Source: Selaginella moellendorffii
Taxonomy: Eukaryota; Plantae; Lycopodiophyta
Assembly (NCBI RefSeq): GCF_000143415.4
Contig: NW_003314351.1
Coordinates: 377,470 to 441,469, forward strand
Direction: 5' to 3'
DNA: 64,000 nucleotides
Shown: piece after piece, positions 12,970-24,598 of the stretch
Layout: each line of letters begins with the position of its first letter
Position numbering within the stretch: the first letter of the stretch is position 1
Program-made: the position numbers and the translations under genes
The notes under the pieces: generated by a model
Told to the model about the DNA's origin: nothing
Databases searched by the model: none
The model's input: only the letters and a program-made list of their open reading frames with translations

Positions 12970-13345
12970 CCGTAGATGCATATACGGAGGTTGGGTTCGA
13001 GTCCCAACCCTTTAGTACTTGGGTTCGAGTCCCAAATCACTAGGGCATAGTGATGGTTTGGAAAATGAGGACACTCATTTTTCGGTGGTCATGGACTCTT
13101 AGTGAGGAGACTGGTTTGGGCACACCGCCAAGCGAGGGATGCCTCGGAGTCATGATGCACGGTTAGATTTCTTAGTGTGAAAGCTCGGCATATCTAACTT
13201 GAACGCTTTGGTGCAAGTGGCACCAAGGACGCGGTGAGTGAGATGGGGACACCTAATCTCAGTTGCTATGAACCCTTGGCCGTAAGGGCTGGCTTGGGTG
13301 CACCGCCAAGTGTGGGGGATGCCCCCGGGGTTATGGTCAACAACT
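12970..13345 (+). ncRNA. Putative structured cis-RNA module in C (two T-loop-like hairpins plus two copies of a multi-hairpin unit)
   Basis: Stems with compensatory changes relative to homologous modules in the B 3' UTR (16470-16680, 22075-22490, minus). Confidence 0.6.
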
Positions 13346-16300
13346 TGAAGGTCTAGAAGACCAAGTACCTCTTGGCAACTCTGTTAAGGTGCCAAGGTGA
13401 GATCACTAGGTGATCTTATGGCCAAATAAGGACAAGGTCCTTGGTTGGCTAAGGAATGAAGTTCCTAGTTCAAAATATTAAATTGAACTATTTAAGATGG
13501 TGTGGCTTGGTCAAGATGAGCAAGTGAGAAGAGCACCTAAAGGAAATAAGTTGTGTCCGTGCGAAGGCATAGTGAGTCCGAGGAAAGTGATCTCTATAAG
13601 AGACCCATGGGAGGGTCACGAAGTTGGGCCGTGGATAGAGCCCATAGCAGAAGATGTTAAAGAAACGTACTAGGGGTGAACATCCTCCGGACTTGGCAAA
13701 GAAGAGTCTTTACTATAGAATCGAAAGGATACTTAGAAAATGGAGGTAGCGATCCTATGTTGCTGGGTGCAACAATCAAGGATAGGAGCAAAGGACTAGT
13801 GGCCAAGTTTGGGCCATGGAATTTAATGGAAGGGATCCAAATGGCAAAATTAGCCAAGGAACACTAATGTGTTTGATGCTAACAGCTTGTGGGAAAGGAA
13901 GTGGACTTCCAAGGATGGATTCATAAGTGCTCCAATTTGGCGAAGTAAAAGCTCCAAGTGAAGGAGCGGCAAAGTAGCCAAAAGATAAGGCCATGGACAG
14001 CCCTAGCACAAAATATGATAACTAGAACTCAGTGCCAAAGGTGGCATGAAATCGAACAGAGGATGATGGTGCCCTCAAGTGGAGAACTTCCTAGGATGAA
14101 GAAGTGGAGTTGCACAATATGTTATTGCAATGCAAGGTGTCGGAGACACCTAGGAAATTGACTTCAAAAAGTCAGAATTAAAAGTTCCAAAGTGCAAGGG
14201 TTATAGCGCTGGAAAGTGAGACCACTCAAGAACAAGTAGTGGGATCGAGTTAGAGAAGGTGTCTCTAACAGGTTTAGTCAGAACTAAACCAATAAAAGGA
14301 GAGAACCACCACAAATGGTCAAATGAGCCTTTAAGTTGGAGAGGCTATGCTCCTTAGAGGATGGACAAGGCATGGTGAGCCTTTGGTGTCAAACCATAGA
14401 CAGATATTGGCTAGGTGCCAAGGATGGAAATGGTAACAAATGCGGGTATTACTTTATGAAAGGGTTTACCGTTCGATAAGGACATCGAACTTCGTCTATG
14501 GGTGGTGGAGTTGTGAGACACAAAATCCCTAGGCCCCAAAGTGGAGCCGGAAGGGTGCCATGTGCTGGTGGCCAAAGCGAAAACCAAACGAGCGTAACAC
14601 GTTTGGACTAAAAGCTTCGACTTGAAAAGGTTGAGAGTGGGAGTGGAACTCCCAACGAAGTGCTTGAGGAACGAGCACAAAGCGAGCAAAAAATGAGACT
14701 CCAAAAAGGGACCCAAAAGGACCAACACATGACACATGGAAGTGGAGTCCGAGAAAGACCCCGAGATGGAGTCCAAGGTGGAGTCCAAGGTGGACCCAAG
14801 ATGGAGTCCGAGATGGATCCGAGATTGAGTCCGAGACAGACCCGAGATGGAGTCTAAGATGGACCCGAGATGGAGTCCGAGATGGAGTCTGAGGTGGAGT
14901 CCGAGGTGGACCCGAGATGGACCCGAAATGGAGTCCGAAATGGAGTCCGAGATGGACCCGAGATGAAGTTTGAGGTGGAGTCCGAAGTGGAGTCCGAGGT
15001 GGACCCGAGATGGACCCAAAATGGAGTCCAAGATGGAGTCTGAGATGGACCCGAGATGGAGTCCGAGATGGACCCGAGATGGACCCAAGATGGAGTCCGA
15101 AGTCGAGACCGAGATCGAGACCGAGGCTGAGGCCGAGACCGAGCCCAAGCCCAAGTCCAAGTCCGAGTCCCAGTCCGAGTCCCAATCCGAGTTCGAGTTT
15201 GAGAGGGTGAAAGCCCAAAGCATTCGTCTCCCGGACCCTAGGGGGTTTGGTGAGCTCCAAAAGTATAGTAGGGGGAGGACTGCAATGGAGCCAGTTTGGC
15301 CAGGAAAGGCCAGTTTGGCCTAGGAAGGCCATACCCAGTGTTGGGTGATGAGCTGACCACTGGGAAGTCCAAGACTAGAGTGAACACAGACCGAGAAGCA
15401 GGGTAGTTTGTGTAAGCCACAAATTTTTCCTTTCCAATTTGCTAGCTTACCTCGACTATCCGTCCAACACTGCCTTGGCTTTTGCTAAGTTCCCTTGCCA
15501 AGGTTCTCGCCTATGGTACCAGCTCCTACTTGGTTTCAGCTACTCACTGCACGAGAAACGGAGTGTTAACCATCCATCTACGGATTCCCAAATCACTCCC
15601 AATCCCCCTCCCCGGGTTAGACTAGACTTAAGGTTCGGCTACACTCCCTGCAAGCACAAGCAGCCAAGCACACCAAACTTCCAGGTTCCTAACATCCCTT
15701 GGTACCACAAGACTTGATCATGGGACCCTCTAAATCCCAAGTCTTGAGTGCAACACTTGCTTCGGGACGCCGGGGCGGAACACCATGGCCTAGCAGCCCG
15801 GTATGGGTACCTCTACCCCCCCACTTCCATCCCGAAGGAAGGTCCAAGCCCCTAGGAAGGGCGAGGACCAATGAGCCGCATGGTACTCAAGTGGGGCACC
15901 ACTCCACGTGAGCCGGGAGCACCGCAATCGGTTTCCCTTTCGGGAGTGGGAGCTGCTCTTGAGCACTTCCTTGGATGGCCCCTCCGGCACCAGCCAAGTC
16001 CATGCTCACTCCCACCCAAGGCCCCTCTGTCCCAGTCTCAACCTCAAGTCGGTTTGGAAGCCCAATTGGAGAGTCCCTTCAAAATTGGTTCCTAGACCTC
16101 ACTATCCCTACTATACTTTTGGAACCCCCTGCAGCCCCCCCCCCCCCGGGAGACGCACGCTTTGGGCTTTCACCCCTTGACCCGTATTAGTATTTGGACT
16201 TAGTCTCTGGCTCGATCTCAGACCCGATTTCGGATCCGACTTCGGATTCGGTCTCGGACTCGATCTCGGACTCTATCTCAAACTCGGTCTTCGAGTCGGT

Positions 16301-17179
16301 CTTGGACTCGATCTTTGACTTGGTCCCATCCGATAAACTCTTTGTCATTTTGGTCATGCTTTCGGGGTTCCTTTAGCCTACGACACCTCGGCAAGTTGGT
16401 TCCTTACAACTCCACCACCCATAGAAGAAGTTCGATGCCCACATCGAATGCCTCTCTTTTGATCCTGCGACTTGTTGACCATGTCTCCGGGGGCATCCCC
16501 CCACTTAGCGGTGTGCCTAAATTAGCCTCCCTGGCCAAGAGCCCATGACAACGGAGTATAGGTGTCCCTATACTCCTCACCTCACCACGCCCTAGTATGG
16601 GGTCGGGACTTGAACCCAATCTTGCTTTACTAGGGGGTTGGGACTCGAACCCAACCTCCGTAGAATACGTCTACGGATTCGACATCCCCGCAGGGAGTCG
16701 GCCTGGTTGACCTAGCTAACCCATGCTAATTAGCTTACCTTCGGCACGCCTTTGAGTCCTAACATATGCCATTGCTCAACTTCTCAAATTGATATTTTTA
16801 ATTGAACTTTGCATAAGTACATAGAGTTCTGCCTTGCAGAAATTCTTCCACTAGATCTCGCGCGTTCGCTAGGTTCTCCTCCGGTTCCCATGTTGCTTCG
16901 CAGTGTGGAAATCCTTTCCACTTCACATGGAACTCTCTCACCTCACGTCCTTGTCACTTGCTCTTGCGCGCATTGAGGATGGCCTCGACTTCGTATTCCT
17001 CTTCCCCTTGGATAACCTCGGGTAAAGGTCTTACTTGGTCCTTGCGAAGCGGGTCCTCAAAATACGGCTTGAGTAAGTTCACGTGGAACACGGGATGCAT
17101 CTTCCCCATCTCTCGAGGAAGTCGGAGACGGTAAGCCACTTTACCGATTTGAGTCTCAATCTCGTAAGGCCCCGCGAAT

Positions 17180-17231
17180 CTGCTTAAGGAACTCTAGATC
17201 AATTCATTTACAGGAATACATGCATTTTTAC
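17180..17231 (-). other. Predicted spliceosomal intron (52 nt) in integrase C-terminal region, B copy 1
   Basis: AAG|GTAAAA...TTAAGCAG|ATT; removal restores RKLTQRFAGPYEI. Confidence 0.85.
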
Positions 17232-17649
17232 CTTTGGGTCAACTTCCGGCTGATCCCACTTGGTAGCCTGAGGTTCTTGGTGTTCAGCCACACCTTCTCC
17301 CTAGCTTGGAACTCTACGTCCCGGCGCTTCTGGTTCGCGTACTTGGTTTGCCTTTGTTGCGCCCGTTCCAAGGAATCCCTCACTAGATTCCAAATGTTGA
17401 GTCTTTCTGCCGTGAATGCCTCCACTGCGAGTAGCTCTCCATGATACTCGGCCACGCCGAGTTCCATAGGACCTTCAATAGCTCGCCCATTGATGACTTC
17501 CCATGGACTCACCCCGATGCTCAAATGTGGTGAGTTGTTATAACACATTTCCACAAGTCCCAAATGACTTACCCAATCGGTCTGGTCTCCTGAGACATAG
17601 CATCGCAAATAATCCTCCAGCTGCCTATTCACCCTTTCCGTTTGTCCGT

Positions 17650-17695
17650 CTGTCAAGAAGTGTTAGTGCCATCAACTTGACTCAATACCCCATAC
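17650..17695 (-). other. Predicted spliceosomal intron (46 nt) in integrase catalytic core, B copy 1
   Basis: CAG|GTATGG...CACTAAC...TTGACAG|AC; removal restores HPQTDGQTERVN. Confidence 0.88.
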
Positions 17696-20600
17696 CTGTC
17701 TGTGGGTGATAGGTTGTGCTGAATTTCAACTTGGTGCGATACTGTTCCAGGAGGGTTCTCCAGAACCTACTGGTGAAGATTTTATCTCGATCTGAGATAA
17801 TCTCTTCTGGCCTTCCCCGCACTCGAACTACTTGTTCAAAGAATAGCTTCGCCACACCTTCCGCATCCACTTCCGTTGTGGTGGGTATAAAATGTGCCAT
17901 CTTCGAAAATCGATCCACCACCATGAATATCGCATCAAACCCCTCGCTTGGGGGTAGTCCCGTGATAAAGTCCATTGTAAGACATTTCCACGGACGATCT
18001 GGAATTGGGATGCTTTGCAACAAGCCCCCACTAGCCTTAGTCACGGCTTTGACCTGCTGACATGTTGGACATGTCTTTACATAGTCTTGGACGTCCTTAG
18101 CCATATCTGGCCAATGGTACTTCCTCTTGAGTAAGCCCATCGTCTTTTGCACTCTGCCGTGTCCCGCAAGAGGTCCGTCATGACACTCTTTTAAGGCTAC
18201 CTTCCTTAGTTCCCCTTCTGGAACATACACCCTCGTTTGCTTGTAATAGATGAGTCGGTTGCGTTCCGCATAGCCCGTTTTCTCTTCCGTTGGCAGCTCA
18301 CCTCTCTGGTGAGCTTCCCTTGCCTCTAGATTCCTCAGCAACACTTCTTGTGCTAGACCATCGTTCTCATATGCTGTCCACACATCGTCCCAAAAGGTTG
18401 TTGTTGCGCTAGATATCGCCAACCTCAAGCTCGCTTTTCGACTTAGCGCATCCGCCACGATGTTGCTTTTCCCAGGCTTGTACAGAATCTCGCAATCAAA
18501 CTCGGCCAAGGCATTGGCCCACCGACCTTGTTTCCCTCTCAGATCGGGCTGTGACAAGAAGTGTTTCGTTGCCACATTGTCCGTATAAACCTTGAAGTGT
18601 CTCCCAAGGTAGTGTCGCCACTCCTTGAGCACCTTGACCACCGAAAACAATTCCTTCTCATGGGCAGGCCACTTTCGTTGAGCCTTGTCCAACTTCTTTG
18701 AGAAGAACGCTACTGGATGGTTGTCTTGCTTCAAAATTGCGCCCAACGCAAAGTCCGAAGCATTCGTTTCTACCTCAAAGTCCTTACCAAAGTCCGGTAA
18801 TGCCAACACGGGAGCCTTCCTCAACTTCCCTTTGAGGTGGACGAATGCCGCCTCACATTCCACTGTCCATATCATCTTCTCTTTTCCTGTTTAGTCCGTT
18901 AAGGGCAGGGCTACTCTCGAATAGTGTCTAATAAACTTTCGATAGTAGTTGCATAGCCCTAAGAATGCCCTCAACTCATGTACATTCGATGGTCGCTCCC
19001 ATTCCTGGATCGCTTGGACCTTTTCCGGGTCCACCTTGAGCCCGTCCTGGCCCACCACATGCCCGAGAAACTTTACCTCTTGTTGAGCAAAGTCACATTT
19101 TCTCTCTTTAGCATACAGTTTGTATTCCCTTAGTTTCTCAAACACCTTCGCCAAGTGTTCGGCATGCTCCTCTAGTGTCTCGCTATAGATCAGGATGTCG
19201 TCGATATAGACGACCACGAAGTGATCCAGATAGGGTACAAAGATGTGGTTCATCAACGCCGAAAACGTTGCCGGCGCATTGCACAGCCCAAAGGGCATCA
19301 CCAGAAACTCAAAGCTCCCATACCTCGTTCGACAGGTTGTCTTCTCGACATCTTCCTTGGCTACCCTGATCTGGTAGTATCCTGACCTTAGGTCAATCCT
19401 CGAGAAGTATTTTGCCTTTCCCAACCTATCGAAGAGGTCCTCAATCCTTGGCAAAGGGTACTTGTTCTTCTTGGTATACTTGTTGAGCAACCGGTAGTCT
19501 ATGCACATGCGCATAGATTCATCTTTCTTTTTCACAAATAGCACCGGCGCCCCATATGGCGACTTGCTCAACCTAACATACCCTTTGTCCACCAACTCCT
19601 CTAGTTGGCGCTTGAGCTCCGCAAGTTCTTTTTCGTTCAATCGATAGGGTGGACGAACCACCGCCTCAGCACCCTCGACCAGCTCAATCTTATGTTCTAT
19701 CGGTCGTGCGGGGGGCAACCATGCCGGTAGCTCCTCCGGCATGGTATCCTGGAATTGGTCCAACACCCGCTGGATCACTAAAGGTACTTCTTCTGTTCCT
19801 GTCTTTTTGTCACTTCTCACCGAGAGTAAGCACAAAAATGTAGCCTTGGTACCTTTAGTGAATTGTCCTCTTGTGGACACCAGGTTCAGGCATGAATCTT
19901 TAGCCTTGCATTGCCCTACCTTTAGATCCTAGGCCTCCACCCTGGATCTTCTTCCTTGGGCATTCGCCAATACCACAAGGTTCCTACCTTGTCCATGTAG
20001 GGCTACCACGAACCGATTGAACCAATCCATCCTGAAGATCACGTCAAATCCCGCCATATCCAACACGGTGAAGTCCATGTCTACTTTCTAAGTCCCTACT
20101 TTGACTCTCGCTTGTCGAAGTACCTCATCGGTGCTTTGGCTACCTTGAACAAACTCTATAGTCCTTGGTTCGCCTAGCCGCTGCACCGTTAGTCCGGCTT
20201 GCCGGACTATGTCTGCAGCCACAAAATTATCCGAAGCACTCGTGTCAATAAGGATCTTAACAAAGCTACCTTCGAGCTTCCCTCGGAGGGCTAGTAGATG
20301 TCGCAAACGACTCTCTACCAAAGTTGCTCGTGTAATGAGTAACTTTGAGTTAAGGACTGGATCACATACCTCAGTTTGGACTTCACCTGACTTGATGGCC
20401 ATATTGGCTCTGGCCTTCTTCGGGTAGGGACATTCCCTCAAAAAGTGTCCCGCTTCACCGCAGTTGTAGCATACGTTGTTTCCCATGCTACTATATGATT
20501 TAACCTTCTTATCCGTGGGTTTGTCTCTTTTCGCTTGACTCCCCCACGTACTCACTCATTGGCCACCGGATTTGCCTTTCCGGAACCTCGAGGACTCATT

Positions 20601-22263
20601 CTTAGAGAAACTCTTCTTGAATTTCCCTCTGCTATACGTTCCTCTTGGTTTGGCCCCTTTGTTAAATGTGGATCCCAACCCCGTCGTGTTCCCCTTTCGC
20701 AGGTTATCGTTAAAATGCACCTTGATGGCCGCATCTAACGCTTCCTTGTAGTTGGTCGGGTTCCAACGCATCACCTCACCGCGAGCCCAAGTTTGCAAAC
20801 CTGATATGAAGGCATGGAACGCATCCATATCCCCCATGTCCGTGACAAGTATCCTCTTTGCCATGAACCCATTCACATATTCCTGGATGGTTCCAGTTTG
20901 CTTCAGCCTACTCAGTGTAAGCCACAAATTTTTCCTTTCCAATTTGCCAGCTTACCTCGTCTATCCGTCCAACACCGCCTTGGCCTTTGCTAAGTTCCCT
21001 TGCCAAGGTTCTCGCCTATGGTACCAGCTCCTACTTGGTCTCAGCTACTTACTGCACGAGCAACGGAGTGTTAGCCATCCATCTACGGATTCCCAAATCA
21101 CTCCCAATCCCCCTCCCCAGGTTAGACTGGACTTAAGGTTCGGCTTCACTCCCCGCAAGCACAAGCAGCCAAGCACACCAAGCTTCCAGGTTCCTAACTT
21201 CCCTTGGTACCACAAGACTTGATCATGGGACCCTCTAAATCCCAAGTCTTGAGTGCAACACTTGCTTCGGGACGCCGGGGCGAAACACCGTGGCCTAGCG
21301 GCCCGGTATGGGTACCTCTCGCCCCTCACTTCCATCCCGAAGGAAGGCCCAAGCCCCTAGGAAGGGCGAGGACCAATGAGCCGCATGGTACTCAAGTGGG
21401 GCACCACTCCACATGAGCCGGGAGCACCGCAATCGGTTTCCCTTTCGGGAGTGGGAGCTGCTCTTGAGCACTTCCTTGGATGGCCCCTCCGGCACCAGCC
21501 AAGTCCATGCTCACTCCCACCCAAGGCGGTTTTAGGGTTTAGGGTCCCAGTCCCAACCTCAAGTCGGTTTGGAAGCCCAACTGGAGAGTCCCTTCAAAAC
21601 TGGTTCCTGGACCTCACTATCCCTACTATACTTTTGGAACCCCCTGCAGCCCCCCCCCCCTGGGAGACGCACGCTTTGGGCTTTCACCCCTTGACCCGTA
21701 TTAGTATTTGGACTTAGTCTCTGGCTCGATCTCGGACCCGATTTCAGATCCGACTTCGGATTCGGGTTCGGACTCGATTCCGGACTCGATCTCGGACCCG
21801 ATCTCGGACTCGAACTCGGTCTCGAACTCGGACTCGAACTTGGCCCCCGAGTCGGTCTCGGACTCGATTCCGGACTCTATCTCGAACTCGGTCCTAGAGT
21901 CGGTCTTGGACTCGATCTTCGACTTGGTCCCATCCGATGAACTCTTTGTCATTTTGGTCATGTTTTCGGGGTTCCTTTAGCCTACGACACCTCGGCGAGT
22001 TGGTTCCTTACAACTCCACCACCCATAGAAGAAGTTCGATGCCCACATCGAACGTCTCATTTTATCCTACGACTTGTTGACCATGTCTCCGGGGGCATCC
22101 CCCCACTTAGCGGTGTGCCTAAGTTAGCCTCCCCGGCCAAGAGCTCATGACAACGGAATATAGGTGTCCCTATACTCCTCACCTCACCACGCCCTAGTAT
22201 AGGGTCGGGACTTGAACCTAGCCTTGTTTTACTAGGGGGTTGGGACTCGAACCCAACCTCCGT

Positions 22264-22454
22264 TTGCGGTCAGCACGAAGGGGGGACGTGGATCTGGACG
22301 AGATACGACGGAGACGACCGCAGCCGCTTCTACTGCAGGCCTAGTCTCACTTTAGATGAGGGAGATCACCACTAGGTAGCATGAGCTTTGGGCAGCATGC
22401 CCAATTTTTGTATTAGTCCCTACGGGACATTGGGGAATGTACATACACGTTTCA
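22264..22454 (+). mobile_element. 5'-truncated LINE (191-bp 3' end) inserted in B 3' UTR
   Basis: Reverse complement of 58720-58910; 17-bp TSD TCGAACCCAACCTCCGT (22247-22263, 22455-22471); absent from the equivalent site in B copy 1. Confidence 0.93.
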
Positions 22455-23005
22455 TCGAACCCAACCTCCGTAGAATACGTCTACGGATTCGACATCCCCG
22501 CAGGGAGTCGGGCGTAGCTCCCTACGCCTGGTCGACCTAGCTAACCCATGCTAATTAGCTTACCTTCGGCGCGCCTTCGGGTCCCAACACATGCCACTTG
22601 CTCAACTTTGCAAATTGATATTTTTAATTGAACTTTGCATAAGTACATAGAGTTCTGCCTTGCAGAAATTCCTCCACTAGATCTCACGCGTTCGCTAGGT
22701 TCTCCTCCGGTTCCCATGTTGCTTCGCAGTGTGGAAATCCTTTCCACTTCACATGGAACTCTCTCACCTCGCGTCCTTGTCGCTTGCTCTTGCGCACATT
22801 GAGGATGGCCTCGACTTCGTATTCCTCTTCCCCTTGGATAACCTCGGGTAAAGGTCTTACTTGGTCCTTGCGAAGCAGATCCTCAAAGTACGGCTTGAGT
22901 AAGTTCACGTGGAACACTGGGTGCATCTTCCCCATCTCTCGAGGAAGTCGGAGTCGGTAAGCCACTTTACCGATTCGTGCCTCAATCTCGTAAGGCCCCG
23001 CGAAC

Positions 23006-23056
23006 CTGCTTAAGGAACTCAAGATCAATTCATTTATAGGAATACATGCATTTTAC
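23006..23056 (-). other. Predicted intron (51 nt), B copy 2 integrase C-terminal region
   Basis: AAG|GTAAAA...TTAAGCAG|GTT; restores TQRFAGPY. Confidence 0.85.
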
Positions 23057-23474
23057 CTTTGGGTCAACTTTCGGCTGATCCCACTTGGTAGCCTGAGGTT
23101 CTTGGTGTTCAGCCACACCTTCTCCCCAGCTTGGAACTCCACATCCCGACGCTTTTGGTTCGCGTACTTAGTTTGCCTTTGTTGAGCCCGTTCCAAGGAA
23201 TCCCTCACTAAATTCCAAATGTTGAGTCTTTCCGCCGTGAATGTCTCCACGGCGGGTAGCTCTCCATGATACTCGGCCACGCCGAGTTCCACAAGACCTT
23301 CAATAGCTCGCCCATTGATGACTTCCCATGGACTCACCCCGATGCTCGAATGTGGTGAGTTGTTATAACACATTTCCGCAAGTCCCAAATGACTTACCCA
23401 GTCGGTCTGGTCTCCCGAGACATAGTATCGCAAATAATCCTCCAGCTGCCTATTCACCCTTTCCGTTTGTCCAT

Positions 23475-23521
23475 CTGTCAAGAAGTGTTAGTGCCATCAA
23501 TCTTGACTTAATACCCATTAC
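23475..23521 (-). other. Predicted intron (47 nt), B copy 2 integrase core
   Basis: CAG|GTAATG...CACTAAC...TTGACAG|AT; restores HPQTDGQTE. Confidence 0.88.
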
Positions 23522-24598
23522 CTGTCTGTGGGTGATAGGTGGTGCTGAATTTCAACTTGGTGCGATGCTGTTCCAGGAGTGTCCTCCAGAACCTACTAGT
23601 GAAGATCTTATCTCGATCTGAGATAATCTCTTCTGGCCTTCCCCGCACTCGAACCACTTGTTCGAAGAACAGCTTCGCCACACCTTCTGCATCCACGTCC
23701 GTTGTGGTGGGTATGAAATGTGCCATCTTTGAAAATCGGTCCACCACCACGAATATCGCATCGAACCCCTCACTTGGGGGTAGTCCCGTGATGAAGTCCA
23801 TCGTGAGACATTTCCACGGACGATCTGGAATTGGGATGCTTTGCAACAAGCCCCCACTAGCCTTAGTCACGGCTTTGACCTGCTGACATGTTGGACATGT
23901 CTTTACATAGTCTTGGACGTCCTTAGCCATATCTGGCCAATGGTACTTCCTCTTGAGTAAGCCCATCGTCTTGGGCACTCCACCGTGTCCCGCAAGAGGT
24001 CCGTCATGACACTCTTCTAAGGCTACCTTCCTTAGTCCCCCTTCTGGAACATACACCCTCGTTTGCTTGTAATAAATGAGTCCGTTGCGTTCCGCATAGC
24101 CCGTTTTCTCTTCCGTTGGCAGCTCACCTCTCTGGTGAGCTTCCCGCGCCTCCAGATTCCTCAACAACACTTCTTGTGCTAGACCATCGTTCTCATATGC
24201 TGTCCACACATCGTCCCAGAAGGTTGCTGTTGCACTGGAGATCGCCAACCTCAAGCTTGCTTTTTGACTTAGCGCATCTGCCACGATGTTGCTCTTCCCA
24301 GGCTTGTACAGAATCTCGCAATCAAACTCGGCCAAGGCATTGGCCCACCGACCTTGTTTCCCTCTCAGGTCGGGTTGTGACAAGAAGTGTTTCGTTGCCA
24401 CATTGTCCGTGTAAACCTTGAAGTGTCTCCCAAGGTAGTGTCGCCACTCCTTGAGCGCCTTGACCACCGCAAACAATTCCTTCTCGTGGGCAGGCCACTT
24501 CCGTTGAGCCTTGTCCAGCTTCTTCGAGAAGAACGCTACTGGATGGTTGTCTTGCTTCAAAACTACGCCCAACGCAAAGTCCGAAGCATCCGTGTCTA

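Larger units (their letters stand above)
16798..20915 (-). pseudogene. Family B copy 1 gag-pol (5'-truncated; several nonsense changes; two introns)
   Basis: CYNCGEAGHFLREC; PR (IDTSA); YIDDILI; RNase H; IN; chromodomain EEEYEVEAIL; stops at 20556, 20088, 19929, 18891, 16954. Confidence 0.93.

Noticed and set aside
12989-13035. Possible tRNA genes
   Set aside because: Only T-arm-like hairpins; no acceptor, D or anticodon arms.
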